Of a stretch of 64,000 nucleotides of DNA, positions 59,101-64,000 are shown piece by piece. The translations under genes were made by a program, and so were the position numbers. Position 1 is the stretch's first letter; each line of letters opens with the position of its first letter. This DNA comes from Eledone cirrhosa. Taxonomy: Eukaryota. The notes beneath the pieces were generated by a model. That model saw only the letters and a list, made by a program, of their open reading frames with translations. It made no database searches and had not been told where the DNA came from. The stretch lies in contig OZ024740.1 in the NCBI GenBank assembly GCA_964016885.1, positions 420,856,001 through 420,920,000 on the forward strand, read 5' to 3'.

Positions 59101-59402
59101 GATACAGACAACCTATTAACTCTTTAGACACTAAGCCAACACCCATTTGACTTGGCTAACAGAACCTCTACCCCAGGGTGAGATACAGACAACCTATTAA
59201 CTCTTTAGACACTAAGCCAACACCCATTTGACTTGGCTAACAGTTCCTCTACCCCAGGGTGAGATACAGACAACCTATTAACTCTTTAGACACTAAGCCA
59301 ACACCCATTTGACTTGGCTAACAGTACCTCTACCCCAGGCGGAGATACAGACAACCTATTAACTCTTTAGACACTAAGCCAACACCCATTTTACTTGGCC
59401 AA
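47170..59402 (+). repeat. 81-bp satellite (~150 copies)
   Basis: Unit cagttcctctaccccaggg(t/g)gagatacagacaacctattaactctttagacactaagccaacacccatttgacttggctaa; successive starts at 47170, 47251, 47332. Confidence 0.98.
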
Positions 59403-60362
59403 CTGTAACTCTAGTCAGTGTTTACTACCCTGCTAATTGTGCCATTGGAGATTAACTGTTTTCACAATCAGCCACCTTAATTTCTTATTAATTCATACTC
59501 ATTGGCCATGATATGGTGGAAAGCTGTCAAGAATAAAGGCAAATGAACAATACCTACTGTTTATTCTTTCAACAAATATCTCTTTCTGTTTAAGACAGCC
59601 AACATTCTACTAAGCTGGCAGTGTGCCTTGGATAGTGTTAGTTGAGTACAAATCATTTAGAAAGTAGCCATTCTTGCTATAAAAGCAACATTGATCAATA
59701 TTGTACTCCTTGTTTCTAATACAGTCTTGGCCAAGCAGACAACTCAAAAGTAAATAACTTTAATCAAGATAAATATTTTATGTTAGAAAAGTCTTGTTAG
59801 ATTTTATATATTATTATTTTTGTTGGTGTTGGTGGTGAGGAATGATTTATTATTATGGATGTCTTTTATTGGCATCTTAATCTAAAAACTTGTAAACAAG
59901 ATGGCTGTTTTGGTTGCAAATTCTAATTTGCGACTTAAACAGCTAACGTGTTCTCTGGTTATCTGTGATTAAACAAACCTATAACATAGATCAAACCTAT
60001 AACATAGATCAAATGAAACAGAAGCAGATGGTCGTTAAATTTTGTCTAGCTGTCCTATTATTAGTGAAGCAAGCTGTTTTGAAATTCAATCTCTTTCTTC
60101 TCTGATCCTATGTTAAAATTGTTTGATAGTCAGATCCAGTCTGTTGTCATTGTTTACCTTCTACTACAACAGTCAGATCCCACCTCAAGTGTGTTCATTT
60201 CTGATGTAAAATACTCTGTGAATGGTGGAATTATTATTTTTAACTCATCAAAAGTGCATGTATAGTACAGAGAATAACGTACAAATGTCAGGAAAGTGAA
60301 CAGTGTATGAGTCATGATATACACACAGATACACATACTCACTCACACACACGTGTGCATGT

Positions 60363-60582
60363 GTATGGAGGGGGAATATCAGGTATAGTGTTGGCGAATT
60401 TTGGGAAACATGGAAATTTTGAAAGATGCAGTGTCTCGGCAGCTAACAATTGATGCAGGTAGTTTGTTCCATGCTTCAGCTACTCTGAGCGTGAAAAAAT
60501 GTTTCCAAAAGTCATGGAAGCTCTACTGTTTTCTGACTTTATAAGCATGTCCACTGGTGTTAGACACAAGGAGTTCAAAAAG
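60363..60582 (-). mobile_element. CR1/L2-type LINE 3' fragment
   Basis: Minus-strand translation NTSGHAYKVRK...HFFTLRVAEAWNKLPASIVSC...SFK fits the CR1 ORF2 C-terminal motif (TRGH...FF..RV...WN.LP...FK). Confidence 0.8.
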
Positions 60583-61026
60583 AATATATAAAGAGTGGGT
60601 GTGTTAAATCTTTAAGTAAGTAGAAAGTAAAGAAATGATACCATATGTGGTTACAGGCGAAGCAGTGGCAAACAAACTTTTAAAAAAGAATGTCTAAAAG
60701 TATTTAGCATAACGAGAAATATTGAATGATTTAATCTCAAGTATGTGAAAACAGAGAAATAGTCTTCAAATGAAGAAATAATATTGTAGAAGAAGGTGGG
60801 GAGAGTCTTTTATATAAATTCCTGAGTAATTATGAGAAGTTTTTCAAAATACAAATATGATCTTATTCCAGCTGGGTTACTTTAAATAATAATAATAACC
60901 AAATAATTTGTCAAACATAATGGTGTTGTGTTCTACTTTGTTACCAGGTTTTCATGTTTGTCATATTAAATAATCTCATTCATAAAACTTTCAAGTCAAT
61001 TGGGGGAGGGGGGTATCTGTCTCAAA

Positions 61027-61233
61027 TTCTTCTTCTTCTCCTCTTTCTTCTTCTCCCCCTCCTTCTTCTTCTTTTTCTTCTTTTTCTTCTTTTTCTTCTT
61101 TTTCTTCTTCTTTCCTTCTTCCTCTTTTTCTTTTTCTTTTTCTTCTTTCCTCTTCTTCCTTTTCTTCTTCTTCTTCTTCTTCCTTTTCTTCTTCCTTTTC
61201 TTCTTCTTTCCTTCTTTCTTCATCTTCATCTTC
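61027..61233. repeat. (TTC)n-rich polypyrimidine tract
   Basis: Direct reading. Confidence 0.93.
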
Positions 61234-61422
61234 TAAATTTTAATGTCCTGTACCACATGAAACCACGTTAGTAAAAGTTGAAAAAGTATACAATAGCACA
61301 ATAGTTGCATTTCATTTCACAATGATTTGTCTACTAGTAAAGATAATACAAATATTTGAATTAACAAGCCCATCTTTAGATATTTTCTGCTAAATCATTA
61401 TACAGATGTTAAAAGTTAATGC

Positions 61423-61612
61423 TTAACCCTTTAGCATTTACATTACTCTATATTTACTATATTTACTATTGTATTTTCATGGTAAAGGTTTTACCTCACA
61501 TAATATCGAATCTTCAAGATTTTGGTATTTATTTTGAGAACAATGCCTTAAGGTCAGTGTGAGTTAAGAGAATTTTGGCTGGATACAACTGGTTTAAATG
61601 CTAAAAGGTTAA
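61423..61612. mobile_element. piggyBac-like MITE, family A
   Basis: ttaaccctttagcattta...taaatgctaaaaggttaa. Confidence 0.85.
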
Positions 61613-62162
61613 GATATCATGAAAACACGGCAAGTGAGATGTGTTAAGTGTCGACTGTCTTAATCAAATATGTGGTTAAGCAGTTTATTTTGCCAATAAT
61701 ATGTAAATATCTGTATCTTGTTAAACATATTTCAGTCACGCTATGATGGAAGAATTGATGATAAATAGATAAACATTTTATATCCATTTGAACATTTATT
61801 GAGAAATGGTGAGAGGTCTTATCGGAGTTAAGACAGCAAAGATGATGAGGGAGAGAAATGAAGTGAGAGAGAGACAGGGGGTTGAGAAGTGAGAGAGAAA
61901 GGGAGTGAGAAGTGAGGTGGGTGTAATCAACTCTGTACAATATGAAAGCTTTTATAATAATAGCTATTGATCTGGTGAATCAAACAGTTTGGAAGATAAT
62001 ATTTGAAGTATAACACTTTGTTCTTCAATGTTTCTTACTTTATAGATAACTGCACACCACCTTACAAGCTCTAAATCCTTTATCTTCTCACTTCAGTGCA
62101 TTGAAGACATTTCAGCGCTTTGAAAATTAATGACTTTCTTGTCTTTCTCTCTTCTACATATT

Positions 62163-62388
62163 TACTGTATATGCTCTAATATAAGCTGAGGAATGTGACA
62201 AAAAAAATAATCGATGGTAAAATGGTGGTGGTGGTGGTGGTGGAGGGGTGCTTATATATGCCATCTAAACAATGTGTTGATTAGCTGCCTTGGCTTATAA
62301 ATGGGGTTTAGATTTTTTCCCATTTCTCAGACATAAAATAGGGAGTTGACTTATATTTGGTTCAGCTTGTATTCAAGTCTATGCAGTA
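62163..62388. mobile_element. Old pogo/Tigger-like MITE
   Basis: Imperfect terminal inverted repeats tactgtatatgctctaatataagctga / tcagcttgtattcaagtctatgcagta. Confidence 0.6.
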
Positions 62389-62397
62389 GTTTTTCTA

Positions 62398-62483
62398 ACT
62401 CAGCATCATCATCACCATCATGTACATAGAATTCTGTACATAGAACTCAGCATCATCATCACCATCATGTACTTAGAATTCTG
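62398..62483 (+). repeat. Short tandem duplication
   Basis: actcagcatcatcatcaccatcatgtac.tagaattctg occurs twice. Confidence 0.85.
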
Positions 62484-62669
62484 AAATTTTTTTTAACTGA
62501 TTCTGAATATAATAAAAATATTATTGTTTTTCTAAGGTTAAAGATTTTTAAAAGAAATTTTTGAAAAATGTTGTTTATCTCCAAGTAAGTTCTTATTGTG
62601 TTGACCTATAAGTCAAAGACATTCTAGCTATTACCATACTGTAATTTTCTTTCAGACACACTGTACCTA

Positions 62670-62940
62670 GGACTAGTAGTGGTTAGAGTGTTGGACTTAT
62701 GATCTTCATGGTGTGGGTTTGATCCCTCCCTGGGACGGACAGTGCATTGAGTCTTTGAGCAAAACACTTTCATTCTGTGTTGCTCCTGTCAACTTGGCTG
62801 GAAATAAGTACCAGCAGTTGCTGGGGATTAACCCTGAGATAGACTGGAGTCCTATCCAGGGGGAAGTCTTGTACTTTTAATACAAATGAAACCAGGATAT
62901 GCTCTGGTCTGATGAGCCTCTGGGTTTGGGACAGACTATA
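62670..62940 (+). mobile_element. CORE-like SINE family 2
   Basis: tagtggttagagtgttggact...gggtttgatccc, ttgagcaaaacacttt, and a tail like 12430-12480. Confidence 0.82.
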
Positions 62941-63134
62941 TTTTTAGGGGGTAATTTAATGGTGAGTTAGTTGCTATTTCTTGTGAATTAGCCACTGTTT
63001 CTAGTGAGACTCCATAAAACCTCCCTCTTCAGCTTCCTCCTCCTCCTACATCTCAGATTTATTCACTACTGGTTCAGCCATTGGACTGTGGCCATGCTGG
63101 GGCATCACCAGCACTTTTTTTAACATCAGTCTCA

Positions 63135-63320
63135 TTGACCTTCCTAGTACCAACCATGTTACAGTGTGGACTAAGTCCCTTTTGTACTGAAATGACTACC
63201 TGGACTGGGTGCTTTTTGTTGTGACATCAGCATGATCACATTACAGGGTGGACTGTGTGGTTTTCATTGTATCACCAGCATGACCACATTACTGTGTGGA
63301 CTGGGTGCTTTTATTGTTGT
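63135..63320 (-). mobile_element. Old RTE 3'-UTR repeat fragment
   Basis: ccttccta..ccaacca..ttacagtgtggact units like those in the RTE 3' UTR. Confidence 0.6.
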
Positions 63321-64000
63321 GTTAATATATATAGAAATGTCCTGTTGGGCTTATTGGTTTTCTCTTCATAAGAAAGTGAGCCAAGCAAAACTTATCCATT
63401 TCTATACAGCTGGAAATTACTAGTTTCAAAAACAACTTATGTGAAATGGCTTGACCTGTCATAAATCTGCATGAGCCACAACAACTACTATCACCACCAT
63501 AACTGCCAGATCTTGTACTTGCTCTTAATGTTATCTCATGGTCAATTTAAGCTAATGTTGTTTATTTCCAGGTTAACCCAGATAAAAAGACTTATCAAAG
63601 TGTTGATTATTCTTGTCTTTTCTTTGCGGGCATAGCATATATAAGACTACATTATTAAATGTGTCCTACTCATATAAAAAAAGATGGTAACATGTGATTT
63701 AATAGAAATTTGACTGTTATCTCTGTCAGGTTAATAAATAACATTAGGTTATACTGCAAACAGTAAATGTTAATAGTACTGTCTTATGTTCTCAAGATGT
63801 TATCACTGTTATAACTAACTCAGTCCCTCGGTTATAACTGTGACAAATCTACATAACACCATATCTTGATGGAAAAACATCAGTTAGTTCTTACAATCAT
63901 ATTGAATAGTATTGAGTTAGTTGGTGATAGGAAGCGCATCCAGCAATAGAAATCTTGCCAAACAAAAGGTTGAGAGGATCCTCCAGTTGTGTCAAAGGCA

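Noticed and set aside
13973-59402. Ribozyme motifs in the 61-bp and 81-bp satellites
   Set aside because: I found no CUGANGA/GAAA core on either strand of the consensus monomers.
60158-60200. Possible 43-nt minus-strand microexon (cag|aaatgaac...agaag|gtaa)
   Set aside because: Splice-like motifs only, with a weak polypyrimidine tract and no recognisable protein. RNA-seq would be needed.
60954-61271. Lys-rich and Phe/Leu-rich ORFs
   Set aside because: Translations of a (TTC)n tract.

Overview
AT-rich, repeat-saturated eukaryotic DNA with no credible intact host gene. The SINE/LINE repertoire resembles that of octopus (my inference from memory, no database search run). Contents: a 310-bp tandem array, a 3-kb (TA)n tract, 61-bp and 81-bp satellites, 21-, ~22- and 33/36-bp minisatellites, a 6-kb (CAA/CAC) triplet array, many 5'-truncated RTE-clade LINEs with (GAT)n tails, tRNA-derived SINEs, and piggyBac-, mariner- and pogo-type MITEs. 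The very long ORFs in the supplied track are artefacts of simple repeats; only the RTE and CR1 fragments encode recognisable protein. The main result is three distinct hammerhead-ribozyme (HHR) elements, each abutting a (TA)n tract. (1) Each 310-bp monomer at 1-2391 carries a complete type I HHR inside a long extended stem, the layout of a non-LTR retrozyme or Penelope-derived array predicted to yield 310-nt (circular) RNAs. (2) A perfect palindrome at 22460-22741 has a complete HHR on each strand and a piece of the 61-bp satellite in its loop. (3) A palindrome at 21457-21816 has a truncated HHR and is interrupted by an RTE tail. In addition, the RTE family inserts at ATAT tracts and carries a PHD-like finger inside its RT.
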